Origin: Octopus bimaculoides | Lineage: Eukaryota | DNA: 64,000 bases | Direction: 5' to 3' | NCBI RefSeq assembly: GCF_001194135.2 | Contig: NC_069001.1 | Location: 11,144,265 to 11,208,264, forward strand | In this document: positions 12,398-25,840 of the stretch, in pieces | Layout: every line of letters starts with the position of its first letter | How positions within the stretch are numbered: the stretch's first letter is position 1 | Notes under the pieces: model-generated | What the model saw: the letters and a program-made list of their open reading frames with translations, nothing else | Told to the model about the DNA's origin: nothing | Database searches by the model: none | Translations under genes and position numbers: made by a program

Positions 12398-12835
12398 GGG
12401 ACACATCATTACTGATGTTCCTTGGGTCCCAAAGGGATGTCAGGTTTAAACACCAGATCTTCTCGTTCTGTCCACCCAGTCGAGGTAGAACAATTTTCAG
12501 CTTGCAACCAAACAGCACAAGGCCCCTGATCTACCCTCTTTATCCCAAGCCAACTAGGACCGTTTTTTACAGCTGCAGCAATGAAATTTATGGTCCTCTC
12601 CTTTGCTGCATCAGTAAAGGCAAGCCAGGTAAGAGCTAGGCAGAATGAACGCTCCACAAAATACGACAGATCCTTTCTGTTGCCTCACAACGAACCTGCC
12701 TGTACTGCTTTCTGTGCTTTTCTACCAGTTCCCGGTATTTGGTAAGCTTCCTATCATGACGGTACTCCATGTATTGTTCCCAGAGCAGAGTCAACTCCAA
12801 CATAATCACATGTTTGGTAGAACTGCAAATCACTC
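12398..12835 (-). mobile_element. HERO-like RLE non-LTR retrotransposon 3' end, copy 1
   Basis: SSTKHVIMLELTLLWEQYMEYRHDRKLTKYRELVEKHRKQYRQVRCEA matches the HERO RLE pattern ELTVPWE...A.ERK..KY..LV...CE.VEVGCRGF. The tail ends ...ggaacatcagtaatgatgtgtccc. Confidence 0.8.
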
Positions 12836-12973
12836 AAACTAATTTTTTTTTTCTTTAGTTCTATCTTAAAATTGCACAGAGGGGAAACAGTTCCTCGTAT
12901 GCGATGACCTACAGTTAATGCTTTCAAAAGATCTCAACTGGTTTCGAAAGGGAAAAGAATTTAGGAGGAGAGA

Positions 12974-13008
<35 letters not shown>

Positions 13009-13095
13009 ATGTCAACCAGGTACCAAAAGAATATTAGAGGCGCAATGAAACTACGCAAAATCACTGGCATAGAGACATTGAACCTCATCATACAT

Positions 13096-13160
<65 letters not shown>

Positions 13161-13534
13161 ATATATATATACACACACACATACGTACATGCAAACATAT
13201 ATATATATATATATACATACATACATATGCACACACACACGTATATATATATGCATGTATGTATATATATACATATATATATATATATATACTTACACTA
13301 TTATGGAACCGCACATGTGTATTTAAAGAAAGAATTAGTTTTAATTATTAGGTATTATAGAGTTTCTTTGTAATGGTTCGCTATGTATAGTGATGGATAT
13401 CGGTTAATAACGATGTAGATATATGCATATATGGAAACGCAAGAATGCACACACAGACACACAGGTACAGAGACACAGGACACACACATACATATATAGA
13501 GAAAGAGAGGAAGCACAGAAGAAAAATGGCATGC

Positions 13535-13576
<42 letters not shown>

Positions 13577-13666
13577 TTCTATTAACAGTAACCTTGGGTG
13601 TATATATATATAAACAGTAAGCTTTTATGTATGTACATATGTATACTATATACATATGTATGTATG

Positions 13667-13699
<33 letters not shown>

Positions 13700-14135
13700 T
13701 TATATATATAAATATATATTGATATAAGGATCAATAAAGAGACGATACAATGTAGAATATGAGAAAAATCTGAAATATAGAGAGAAAGGTAAAAGAGAAA
13801 AGCAGAGAACGGGTTGAGTGTGTTTAATCGAACTCATTAGCATCAATTTACTAACATTATTATGCAACACTGAGACGCTAAATATCCGAACAACAAACAA
13901 GCTAACTGCCAAAAGCACTGAACTATACATGAAAAGATACTGGAATGGAAAACATTAATTAGATGAAGTATTCAATTTTGAAATTTAATAATAAACTTTC
14001 TTAACGCTTTTTTCTTTCTTATTTTTCTTTTTTTTTTTTTGCTATGTTTATTGATTCATTCTAAATGAGGAATTAATGTAGATATACGTTGTTTCTAGTC
14101 CATTAGGAAGTAAATATAATTAATCATGTATGCAT

Positions 14136-14170
<35 letters not shown>

Positions 14171-14425
14171 NNNNNNNNNNNNNNNNNNNNNNNNNNNNNN
14201 NNNNNNNNNNNNNNNNNNNNNNNNNNNNNNNNNNNNNNNNNNNNNNNNNNNNNNNNNNNNNNNNNNNNNNNNNNNNNNNNNNNNNNNNNNNNNNNNNNNN
14301 NNNNNNNNNNNNNNNNNNNNNNNNNNNNNNNNNNNNNNNNNNNNNNNNNNNNNNNNNNNNNNNNNNNNNNNNNNNNNNNNNNNNNNNNNNNNNNNNNNNN
14401 NNNNNNNNNNNNNNNNNNNNNNNNN

Positions 14426-14463
<38 letters not shown>

Positions 14464-15169
14464 TCGTTGCTATTATGTTAAACCGAAGTATGGCCAAATT
14501 TGGTCAAATGCGATTTTTTCAATATTTCTTTTTGCTTACATTAGCCGCTTCACCTGGTCAAACTCTCGTATCTCCAGTTGCTTTAGATGCCAAGATATAA
14601 AAAATTGTCAAAGTGTAGTACAACGGTTCTCCTGTGGAATGGTGAAACTATTGTTTCGATTTCTGAAAAAGCAACGTTTTGGACTTACGACACTTTTGCA
14701 TAGTAGCAACGATCCATATATATGCACGTGTGTACATATATATTTTCAGTTTTTCCATGTAAAAGTCCACGGCCATGCTATAGCAAAGTTTATGAGTGAT
14801 TGTTAGTTATTTCATATCCGCTGCCCTTTCTCCACGTTTCGATTTAGCGAATGAAGAAGCTGGACAATGACTCACTCGGTTGTCTCGCGTGCTACGATAT
14901 AGTATCATCTGGTATCTCAGGTAAAGATCTTGCAAAGTGTTTCTTGTTTTCTACCAAACGCCACCTTGTAGATCAGTGACATTTTCTGTCATCATGATGA
15001 CGAAGGATTTGGAGAGGGCATTGATCAGTAACCTGTTACGTTACTGTGTACTCTAGATGGAGGGTGTGGCACTACGCTCTGCCGTCCCGTTAGAGAGTTA
15101 TACCTTTCATTTCAATCTCAAATGTGTTAGTCACTCTAGAAAGCATGCATCCATCAAATTGTTCTGCTT

Positions 15170-15419
15170 TTTTGAAGGCCTTGCAACGATGATTATCCTT
15201 TGCACTTCGCTTAAGAAAGCGAAGGGTTTACCTAGTCTACCTGTGTGAGTTTATGGGGACTCCTTCCCTTCTCTGTTGAATTGCACAATCACTCTATTAA
15301 CTGTAGAAAGAGGGATCTCAACGTTTTCTGCGATTTTACGCTAAGTTCACCTTTAAATTGACCTACATACGACCTCTTTGAAATTCGGACAGTTACAAGG
15401 CTTCTTTTGTACGTGGCAT
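15170..15419 (-). pseudogene. Decayed Tc1-family transposase, N-terminal HTH region
   Basis: MPRTKE..LSEFQRGR / GQFKGELS / RKIAENVEIPLSTVNRVIVQFNREGKES read across frameshifts. Confidence 0.75.
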
Positions 15420-15530
15420 GATTAAACAGTCACACAAACACACGAACATACACATAGATACATATATATACATACATACATATATATATATATGTCTGTA
15501 TGTGTGTGTGCCTGTGTGTGTTTGTGTGTG

Positions 15531-15640
15531 GAAGAGCGTAGGCTCGAAACGTTAAAGACATTTTCACTTCCCGAGCGTTAAACTAATACATCTGTTTGTT
15601 GTCTACACCACTTGTCTTTGTCTTTATCACCTGTCTTCGT
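15531..15640 (+). mobile_element. Penelope-like terminal-repeat fragment, family P2 (5'-truncated hammerhead half)
   Basis: gaa-gagc-gtag-gctc-gaaa-cgtt-aaagac...ctaatacatc...acaccac; homologous to 59196-59310 and, inverted, to 56893-56990. Confidence 0.65.
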
Positions 15641-15674
15641 GCAAATATATGCACACACATACATAGCGACATTG

Positions 15675-15714
<40 letters not shown>

Positions 15715-16049
15715 CATACAAGTCTGCTTATCCATGAATATATGTGCACATACACAAATGTTTACATAAATCGATTCTTCCCTCATTAAGTACTTGCGTA
15801 TACTAACATCAACACGTATGTGTGTGTGTGGAGATAGAGAGATAGAGAGAGAAAGAGAGAGAGAGAAATAAAGAGAGAGAGAAAGAGATAAAGAGAGAGG
15901 GAACGACATGTATATATATTGATAAATAGATACATACAAACTGAAATTGCAAAATAATTAAATATTTTATAATTGAAGAAGCGATAACATTTTGCTCGTT
16001 TTCATTTTGAGATATTCTTATGCGACCAACGTCACTCGTGTCGCTGATA

Positions 16050-16950
16050 ACGACGACGACGACGACGATTTTGATATAACTGTACTGCTAGTGGCAGTAT
16101 TTGTGGTGGTGGTGGCGGTGGCGGTGGTGGTGGTGGTGATGATGATGGTGGTTGTGGTGGTTGTGGTGGTAGAGTTGGTGATGGTGGTGATAANNNNNNN
16201 NNNNNNNNNNNNNNNNNNNNNNNNNNNNNNNNNNNNNNNNNNNNNNNNNNNNNNNNNNNNNNNNNNNNNNNNNNNNNNNNNNNNNNNNNNNNNNNNNNNN
16301 NNNNNNNNNNNNNNNNNNNNNNNNNNNNNNNNNNNNNNNNNNNNNNNNNNNNNNNNNNNNNNNNNNNNNNNNNNNNNNNNNNNNNNNNNNNNNNNNNNNN
16401 NNNNNNNNNNNNNNNNNNNNNNNNNNNNNNNNNNNNNNNNNNNNNNNNNNNGGGGTGGGGTGATGGTGGTGGGGGTGATGGCGTGGAGGTAGTGGTGGTG
16501 GTGGTGAGGGTGATGGTGATGATGATAATGGTGGTGATAATGATGATGGCGGTTGTGGTGGAGGTGGTGGTTGTGGTGATGGTGGTGGTGGTGATGATGG
16601 TGGTGGTGGTGATGATGATGGCGGTTGTGGTGATAATGATGATGGTGGTTGTGGGGATGGGGGTGATGGTGGTGGAGGTAGTGGTGGTGGTGGTGTGATG
16701 GTGATATTGATGGCGGTGTTTATGATGATGAGGATGACGATAATGGTGGTGGTGCTGATGGTGGTGGTGGTTGTGGTGACGATGATGATGATGATGGTGA
16801 TGGTGGTGGTGCTGATGGTTGTGGTGAAGGCAGTGGTGGTGGTGGTGATGATGATGAACATGATTACAATGGTAGTGATGGTGATTATTGTGATGATGAT
16901 GATGATGATGGTGTTAGTGATGATGATGGTCGTGATGACGATATTGGTGT
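16050..16950. repeat. Long (GAC)/(GGT)/(GAT)n trinucleotide array with an internal gap
   Basis: Direct reading; source of the poly-V/M/P/H ORFs. Confidence 0.95.
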
Positions 16951-17322
16951 TGAGACATCAGCGTGTTCTTACTCCTGTTCGTTGATGTTGTTCGTTTCGC
17001 TGTTATTGTTACATCACTTCACCCTTTAACCTGCGAGAAATAAAACTACTACAAATGCGAAGCCACTGTTACAACAACAACAACAACAGCATCAGCAGTA
17101 GTAGTCGCAGTAGCAGCAGTCTGTATCATAACAACAACAACAACAACAGCAACAAAAACAGCACCTTTTACACCAAATACACTAAACAGTAACAACAACA
17201 AGAACAAATAAACGATGAACTAAGTAGTAAAGAAAGCAGGAAATTACCAGAAGCCTAACCAAATAAACCAATCCGAAGAGGACTAACAACAATTACAACA
17301 ACATCTACGGCAACAACAATAG

Positions 17323-17381
<59 letters not shown>

Positions 17382-17879
17382 ACAGCAACAAAAACTCGCC
17401 AACACTCTCGACAAAAGCAACAATCATTGAAACATCAACAACACTAACATGACGAAGAAAAAGAAATAATTATATTTAAAAAAAAAATTATCAAAAAAAC
17501 TCCCAATAAAATATCCATCATAATGAACAAAAGAAAAAAATATTACATTATTATTATTATTATTATTATATTATTATTTTTTGTTTTTTCAAAATATGTC
17601 CATATGAGTTGTTAAGTTAAAATTGACAGTAATTAAATGAAAACTATAATATATATCAACTTCTGGCGTACTAGAAAATAGCTTCATTTGCTTACAAATT
17701 CTATAGATTTTTATTATTTTCCACTTTATATGATGCTGCTGTTGTTGTTGTTAGCGTTGGTATTGGGGTTCGCCATGGTGCTTCATCTCGATTTGGTTCT
17801 CTTGTTATGTTACGTATATAGCTTTTATTTTTTTTCTTCATTACATTATGGTCCTCTTTTTGTTTATTTAAATAACATT

Positions 17880-18360
17880 TATTCTATCTTATTATAATTA
17901 TTATTATTTTGATTATTATTATCATTATTATTATTATTTTGATTATTATCATCATTATTATTATTATTATTATCATTAATATTATTATTTTTTATTATTA
18001 TTATTATTTTGATTATTATTATTATTATTATTATTATTTTGATTATTATTATCATTATTATTATTTTGATTATTATTATCATTATGGTTATTATTTTGAT
18101 TATTAATATTATTATTAATATTATTAATATTATTTTGATTATTATTATCATTATGGTTATTATTTTGATTATTATTATTATTATTTTGATTATTATTATC
18201 ATTATGGTTATTATTTTGATTATTATTATTATTAATATTATTATTATTTTGATTATTATTATCATTATTATCATTATCATTATTATTTTGATTATTATTA
18301 TCATTATTATTTTGATTATTATTATTATTTTGATTATTATTATTATTATTATTGTTATTA
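17880..18360. repeat. (ATT)n array with higher-order ~30-bp units
   Basis: ttattattttgattattattatcattatgg recurs within it. Confidence 0.95.
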
Positions 18361-18680
18361 TTTTGCTTTTAGCATTTGGTTTTACTTTTTAATTATCGTC
18401 GTATTCATAATGTTTCCGCTTTTCAAAATATTTGACTAGTCCTGTCGTTTTACTTTGTGACATGCAATTGAACCGACATGCAATTGTTTTCCCTGTTTGT
18501 GTTGATGGTGTGTACCTGTGTGCGTGTGTGTGTGTGTGTGAAGGTGCGTGTGTACGCGAAATGTCTGACTATGTGAGACGAACACATTACGTTCGAGTGT
18601 GTGAGAGCCTGTGTGTGCGTATGCGTAGACGCACACGATCACATATGTATAATTGTATGTTTATATACGTACATGCATGC

Positions 18681-18781
<101 letters not shown>

Positions 18782-19374
18782 AACGACTCTGAAATTAATT
18801 CGCTCCCTAACGGCAGATTGGTGAAGCAGTTTGAGTTGATAGAATACAAAAATGAAACTGGAAAAATTCATTAATAAAATAAAATATGGACAAGCAGTTT
18901 TTAAAAATCAATTTGAATAACTGTATTTCCATGGATGCCAAAAGAAAACATAATTAATAAGGTTTACAAACTGAGCACCGTAGTGTATGCAGTAGCACTG
19001 CAGCATTGCAAATCAGAGCGCTAGTTTCGAATCCCGTTCAATCAATTTGGGTTTACTTTTAACACACTGGATATGTGGATAGGCATGTGCGGAGTTTCGG
19101 ATCCTGCCTCTCGCTCTTTTCTTCAACAGGTTTAGCGTGATTGGATCTGTTTTGATTTCAAGGTGTTTAACATTCTTTAGCCATCGTGATAACTACATGG
19201 TGCTTGCGTTACTCTGATCGGTTACTAGCATCCCAGAGTGATATAGAATCCTACATTCTATTGTCGAGGCATTTAACAAACGTATTTTTAAAGCAAGTTT
19301 CTTCAAACTTTATATTCTACGTTCAAATTCTGTCAAGCTTGACTTTTCCTTTGCGGATTTTAATAAAAAGGTTA

Positions 19375-19447
19375 ATGGCGTGGCTGTGTGGTAAGGAGCT
19401 TGCTTCCCAACCACATGGTTCCGGGTTCAGTCTCACTGTTTGGCACA
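19375..19447 (+). mobile_element. SINE family A/B, head only
   Basis: ggcgtggctgtgtggtaaggagcttgcttcccaaccacatggttccgggttcagtc. Confidence 0.85.
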
Positions 19448-22170
19448 TATGAATCAACAGCTCCTGAAATCCACGCAGACTCATCATTTTTAAATTGCTC
19501 ATTCTCAGAGTCGAAAACAAGAAGCACGATTATTGTAGTGTTATTCTTTTACAGCTTTCATTAATCAGATAACTGTCGTCATGCTGGATCAAGACTTCAA
19601 GTGTTTTGTAGATTATATAGATATACAACAACTTTGTCTTGTATTCAATTTAACCCACCGTATAAGGTATGAAGAAAAAGCTGATATGTGTATAAATGGA
19701 CGTTACTACGAACTAGATACGGCTGTGCGTTGCACAGACTATTTTTTAATCATTAGACTAAAATAAAGAACATGATAATAGTAGCTGTATAACGATGTCT
19801 GACTCTCTTGACAGGTCTCTATTGATCCAAACAATGTCCTTTGAAAATCAGATTTACTACCGCTACTCTCGCCAATATATTGCGCGATATAGAGCATGTT
19901 GTACTTAGGTCTTTGGGGATTGTGCATGTCGGCACTTTTCGGATTCTGATGACAAGCACCAACGTCTTCACAAATACTTTGTCTAACTCTGTATTCAGAG
20001 TTTTGGGTCGAAATTGATCTATAAATTTCCGTTGTTTGCGTTTGTTTTTGCCTGTGCTATCACATCACGGCTCTCAGAAATGGGAATTCTCCCATTTTGG
20101 AACAAGTTACATTAGACTGCCACAAAGAGGTTGCTAAATAAATCTACCATGCAAAGTATAAAGTTTTGAACGTTAGATAGTCTAGACATGGTAATCTATC
20201 TCTTGAACATTCAGTTATTGCTGCCGTTATTAGCGTTTCGCACTAAATTATATCACATCCCAAGCCGTGAGTCGAGAGTTGGCCATCGAATTAAATATTG
20301 AATTTCGTTTGTTTCTGGTTAGTCATATACGCAGAAGAGTGGAGCAGAAGAGCACCACTGAAATGCGTCAAACATCTGCATATAATCATGGTCAACCAAA
20401 AGCTTACTACGTTGCGCTTACACATAGAATAGGCCTTGTCCATTAGTAATATACAGCTCGTGTTTTACCTCGAGCAATGCAGCCATCGTAATTTACTTCC
20501 AAGAAATGGTCGAAGGCATTCTCTCCGCTATGTCATCGGCTGCATTATTTTTCCTCCTGTTTTCCTCTCCCGCTACGGCTCTGCCAGAATTTATGAATTC
20601 TAATTTAATAGCATTTTCTCTGAAAGTTCCACCGTTGATTGTTAACAATTGATCCTATCAACCACTGCCTAATTAATTCACTAACCCTGGCTTGTGCGCC
20701 TGAAGCGACGCGTTCAGCTTTCAGTAAACGAGTCCCGCTTAGATGACATCCAATGTAAACATGCAGATCAAAATGCATAGTTTATGTAGCCAACTACTTT
20801 AAACTGTCGACATCTAACCTATTGATTAGCCTATATGGAGGCGATATATGAACAAGACATTCGCTACGGTCGGTCGAAGGCCAAATCGAAACATTCAGGA
20901 AATCCAACCTGAAACCGTCTAAACATTTGCACCTCGTCTTTTATTTCCATTTATTCAGGTTTTTTTTTTTTTTACGGAAGAGGAATTAGGTCTGAAATAC
21001 TGAAGATTCCACTGTCAACAATAATTTCATTCTACTCGTGTCGTGGCTTCATATGCATATATACACATATATGTGTGTGTGTGTGTGTGTGGTGTATGTG
21101 TGTGTGTAGTGTCTATGTGTGTGAGCGTGTGTGCATATACATATATATTAATATATATGCATATACATATATGCATATATACATGTGTATATGCATACAC
21201 GCACATATATATATATATGTATACGTATATACATGCATGCATATTTAATATATATGTATATACATGTGTATAGACATACATATCTATATACATACATATA
21301 TATATACATATATACATACATATATGTATGTATGTNNNNNNNNNNNNNNNNNNNNNNNNNNNNNNNNNNNNNNNNNNNNNNNNNNNNNNNNNNNNNNNNN
21401 NNNNNNNNNNNNNNNNNNNNNNNNNNNNNNNNNNNNNNNNNNNNNNNNNNNNNNNNNNNNNNNNNNNNNNNNNNNNNNNNNNNNNNNNNNNNNNNNNNNN
21501 NNNNNNNNNNNNNNNNNNNNNNNNNNNNNNNNNNNNNNNNNNNNNNNNNNNNNNNNNNNNNNNNNNNNNNNNNNNNNNNNNNNNNNNNNNNNNNNNNNNN
21601 NNNNNNNNNNNNNNNNNNNNNNNNNNNNNNNNNNNNNNNNNNNNNNNNNNNNNNNNNNNNNNNNNNNNNNNNNNNNNNNNNNNNNNNNNNNNNNNNNNNN
21701 NNNNNNNNNNNNNNNNNNNNNNNNNNNNNNNNNNNNNNNNNNNNNNNNNNNNNNNNNNNNNNNNNNNNNNNNNNNNNNNNNNNNNNNNNNNNNNNNNNNN
21801 NNNNNNNNNNNNNNNNNNNNNNNNNNNNNNNNNNNNNNNNNNNNNNNNNNNNNNNNNNNNNNNNNNNNNNNNNNNNNNNNNNNNNNNNNNNNNNNNNNNN
21901 NNNNNNNNNNNNNNNNNNNNNNNNNNNNNNNNNNNNNNNNNNNNNNNNNNNNNNNNNNNNNNNNNNNNNNNNNNNNNNNNNNNNNNNNNNNNNNNNNNNN
22001 NNNNNNNNNNNNNNNNNNNNNNNNNNNNNNNNNNNNNNNNNNNNNNNNNNNNNNNNNNNNNNNNNNNNNNNNNNNNNNNNNNNNNNNNNNNNNNNNNNNN
22101 NNNNNNNNNNNNNNNNNNNNNNNNNNNNNNNNNNNNNNNNNNATGTATGTCATTTTCTTTTACATATACA

Positions 22171-22217
<47 letters not shown>

Positions 22218-22629
22218 TCATACACAGACTCACCATAGAGACATAGGCACCGTGTAAAAGGACACCAAACTCCACTGATTCCAATCTACATACAACCCAA
22301 TCAGAAGAGCTCTCAGTGTCCTGGGATTGCTGTTCTATAATATAACATGGTCAACATATTCGTCTTTGTCAAAGAACTCGTAGTTTCATTACGTAAATCG
22401 CGAAATTGGTGGAGCAGTCAGAGCAAGGACGAGGAGGAGGAGGTAATGGGGAATAAAGTGAAGAAGGAGTAGACGGAGAGGTGTCTCTGTTAGGTTGGTT
22501 GAGGGGGTGGAGGAGAGAGAAAGAAAGAGAGAGAGGTAGAGGATGGAGAAAGAGGGAGATTGTCCCATAATCCCATGTATTATGCTTGTAGTCATCAATC
22601 ACTCCTTTAACAAGCCAATAAACGACATT

Positions 22630-22929
22630 GTCACCATTAACACCACCACCACCGCCACCATCGACAAGACACCAATTGCTGTTGTTGCTGCTGCTGCTGC
22701 CCCTGCTGTTGCCCACTGCAGCTAATAGCATTACTGCCTGCTCCCTACCTCCCTTGTTTGTGGCAGTTTATCAATAAGGCCATCACCATTCCCGCCGCCA
22801 CCATCACCAGCAACACCAGCACCAACACGGCTACAGCTACAACAACAGCAACAAAACCAGCAGCCACAACAACACCAGTAGCAACAACAACAGCAACAAC
22901 AGCAGCAGCAACACCAACACCAACTACTA

Positions 22930-22966
<37 letters not shown>

Positions 22967-22970
22967 TATT
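22630..22970. repeat. Compound trinucleotide repeats (CAC/GCT/CAG/CAA/ATT/ATC)
   Basis: Direct reading. Confidence 0.9.
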
Positions 22971-23046
22971 TATTCATTCGGTGTTCTGTCTCACTCGAAA
23001 TAGCAGCACTCCTGACATTGCTGCCAATACTATACATTACTAATAT

Positions 23047-23462
23047 TAATCCTTTCTACTCTAGGCACGAGGCCTGAAATTTTAGGGGAGGGGGTCAGTC
23101 GATTAGATCGCTTTCAGTATGTAACTGGTGCTGAATTTATCGAACCCCGAAAAGATGAAAAGCAAAGTCAACCTCGGCGGAATTTGAACTCAGAATGTAG
23201 CGGCAGGCGAAATACCGCTAAGTATTTCTTATTTCTTTATTGCCCACAAGGGGCTAAACATAGAGGGGACAAACAAGGACAGACAAACAGATTAAGTCGA
23301 TTATACCGACCCCAATCTGTAACTAGTACTTAATTTATCAACCCCGAAAGGATGAAAGGCAAAGTCGACCGCGGTGGAATTTGAACTCAAAACGTAAAGA
23401 CAGACGAAATACCGCGAAGCATTTCGCCCGGCGCGCTAACATTTCTGCCATCTCGCCACCTT
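23047..23462 (-). mobile_element. Two head-to-tail family C SINEs with different 3' tails
   Basis: 23047-23227 has the tail aaatttcaggcctcgtgcctagagtagaaaggatt; 23228-23462 has the tail tttagccccttgtgggcaataaagaaataag and a full tRNA-like head. Confidence 0.9.
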
Positions 23463-23496
23463 ACAATATTAATACTAGAGCTATGCTAATCGCGAT

Positions 23497-23876
23497 ACTC
23501 TGTCTTTTACGACGACGAGGGTTCCAGTCGGTCCGAACAACGGAACAGCCTGCTCGTGGAATTAACGTGCTAGTGGCTGAGCACTCCACAGACACGTGTA
23601 CACCTTTTAACGTAGTTCTCAGAGAGATTCAGTGTGACACAGAGTGTGACAAAACTGGCGCTTTGAAATACAGGTACAACAGAAACAGGAAGAAAGAGTG
23701 AGAGAAAGTTGTGGTGAAAGAGTACAGCAGAGTTCGCGACCATCCTCTGTCGGAGCCTCGTAGAGCTTTAGGTGTTTTCGCTCACTAAACACTCACAACA
23801 CCCGTTCTGGGAATCGAAACCATGATCCTACAACCGCGAGTCCACTGCCCTAATGATTGGGATATTGCGACTCCAC
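23497..23876 (-). mobile_element. tRNA-derived SINE family E
   Basis: Colinear with the reverse complement of 49372-49752 over about 380 bp. Confidence 0.9.
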
Positions 23877-23911
23877 TGTGCTAATACTATACTAAAACGA
23901 CACTATACTGT

Positions 23912-24125
23912 GAAGGGGCGTGGCTTAGTGGTTAGGTTATTCGACTAACGATCGTAATATTGTGAGTTCAATTCCCAGCGACGCGTTGAGTCCTTGATTA
24001 AGACACTTTATTTCGCGTTGCTCAAGTCTACTGAGCTAGCAAAAATGAGTAGGACCTGTATTTCAAAGGACCACTCTTTGTCACACTGAATTTCCGTGAG
24101 ATCTACGTTAATGGTACACATGTCG
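23912..24125 (+). mobile_element. tRNA-derived SINE family D, 3'-truncated
   Basis: ggggcgtggcttagtggttagg...gagttcaattccc...aagacactttatttcgcgttgctc; homologous to 47948, 56560-56876 and 32871-33105. Confidence 0.85.
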
Positions 24126-24200
24126 ATTACGAGTTCGATTCCTGGCAATGACCTTAATAATAATAATAATAATAATAATAACAACAACAACACCAACATC

Positions 24201-24345
24201 AAAAAATACCTCAGGAATGAGAACCCAGGTTCGAAATTTCCCCAAGACACCTGATGAAAGCTGGAAGGTATATCAGCCGAAACGTTGTGTTAGCAACAAA
24301 CAAGATGAGGACAAATATCCGTCAAATATTAATAATGTAAATAAT
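24201..24345 (+). mobile_element. Penelope-like terminal-repeat element, family P1
   Basis: cctgatgaa...ccgaaacgttg hallmark; follows (AAT)(AAC)n; second copy inverted at 32608-32740. Confidence 0.7.
24246..24291 (+). ncRNA. Minimal type I hammerhead ribozyme motif (G10.1A lesion)
   Basis: Stem I gacac/gtgtt; core ctgatga; extra A; stem II agctg/cagcc; gaaa; c-g-t-t (GUU site). Confidence 0.6.
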
Positions 24346-25611
24346 GGCTGGATGCCGACAAATTGTTCTGCTTTTAAAAAGAAATAAGGATTTTATCCTT
24401 TACATCTATACTGTTCAGTATCTATGCGTTGAATAAAATTTATCTTTCTACTTGTTCTAAAGTAAATAATGTAAAGATCTGACTTCGATCTCCAGACCGC
24501 ATGCTACGTTGTGTTCTTGGGGAAAACATTTCGTTTCAGGTTGTTCCAGTTCATTTAGTTGAAAACGAGAGGCATCTGCGACAAAGCGGCACTCGGCAGA
24601 TGGTTACACCCAAATACTGCAGTCAGAAGATATCAAAGACACTTGATATTATCATAGTGCACTGGATTGTCATGTTAGTGTATTGCCAATTTCAATTGAG
24701 CAAGATGTTCACTGAAATGAACATGAAGCGTTCGTAACGTTTCTCTTCAATAATATAACATGGTAAAAGTTTCTTTGGGGAAAATCAGTCGACGAATACG
24801 TCAGACGTGTAACTATTCCATACGTTTTTGTCATCTCAAAATCAAATTGTTTGTCAGCTTTCATTTGATTATTCCAGAGGTTTATGCAGAACCAGCCTGG
24901 TCAGAGAGAAATCTTGATTCGTCAGAGGGAATAACCGTTTTAAGAAACTGGGCACCTTTTATGATTGCTTTCTATCAAGAATATTCTTTTATTTTTGAAC
25001 ATTTATTGATAATTGGGACTTTCACACTCAAGACACCTCAGAACTTCTAGATTAGCCAAAGACATTCAAAAGGTGTGTTGAGCTATATTTCTTCGGTTGC
25101 ATGTTGTCAAACTCTTCCATATAATGTGTTACCTTGCCCTCATGTCACAGATATTAATTCGTAAGGGTTGCTTTTTCTTTTTCTTTTTTACTTTAGAAAT
25201 TACATCACATCTCTCGCAAGACTGCGCGTGATTGTGAATACTTATATTCACTTCTTCAAAATTCGTTATTCCTGATCCCAACGCTAAACCTTCCATCAAG
25301 ATGCGAATTAATCTTTTCTTTTTTTTTGGAAGGTGAAAATGGTTTCCTTCTTTTACTGGGAACCTTTAAACCTAATTACATAATAAAAAAAAACAGAAAT
25401 AGGGAAGGAGATATTTGTAGAGAAACTCAGAGAAAAGCTGAAAAGGAACATAATTGAAGGAAAACGAACACTACAATACGAATGCTCATAAAATGCTTTC
25501 CATGTTGCAAATATGAAATCAGATAAATACAGTTTGACAGGAATTAAAATATCTTCGTTTCTATATCAAAAAGTTGTATGGTTTTCCGTTGAACATTTGC
25601 AGGAGATATAC

Positions 25612-25840
25612 TCTTTACTCTTTTACTTGTTTCGGTCATTTGACTGCGGCCATGCTGGAGCACCGCCTTTAGTCGAGCAAATCGACCCCAGGACTTATTC
25701 TTCGTAAGCCTAGTACTTATTCTATCGGTCTCTTTTTGCCGAACCACTAAGTTACGGGGACGTAAACACACCAGCATTGGTTGTCAAGCGATGTTGGGTG
25801 GGGGGTGGGGGCAAACACAGACACACAAACACACAAACAA
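25612..25840 (-). mobile_element. SINE family A/B, module B
   Basis: Reverse complement of 2991-3180. Confidence 0.9.

Noticed and set aside
18973-19045. tRNA-like segment with A/B boxes
   Set aside because: No convincing cloverleaf; more likely a decayed SINE head than a tRNA gene.
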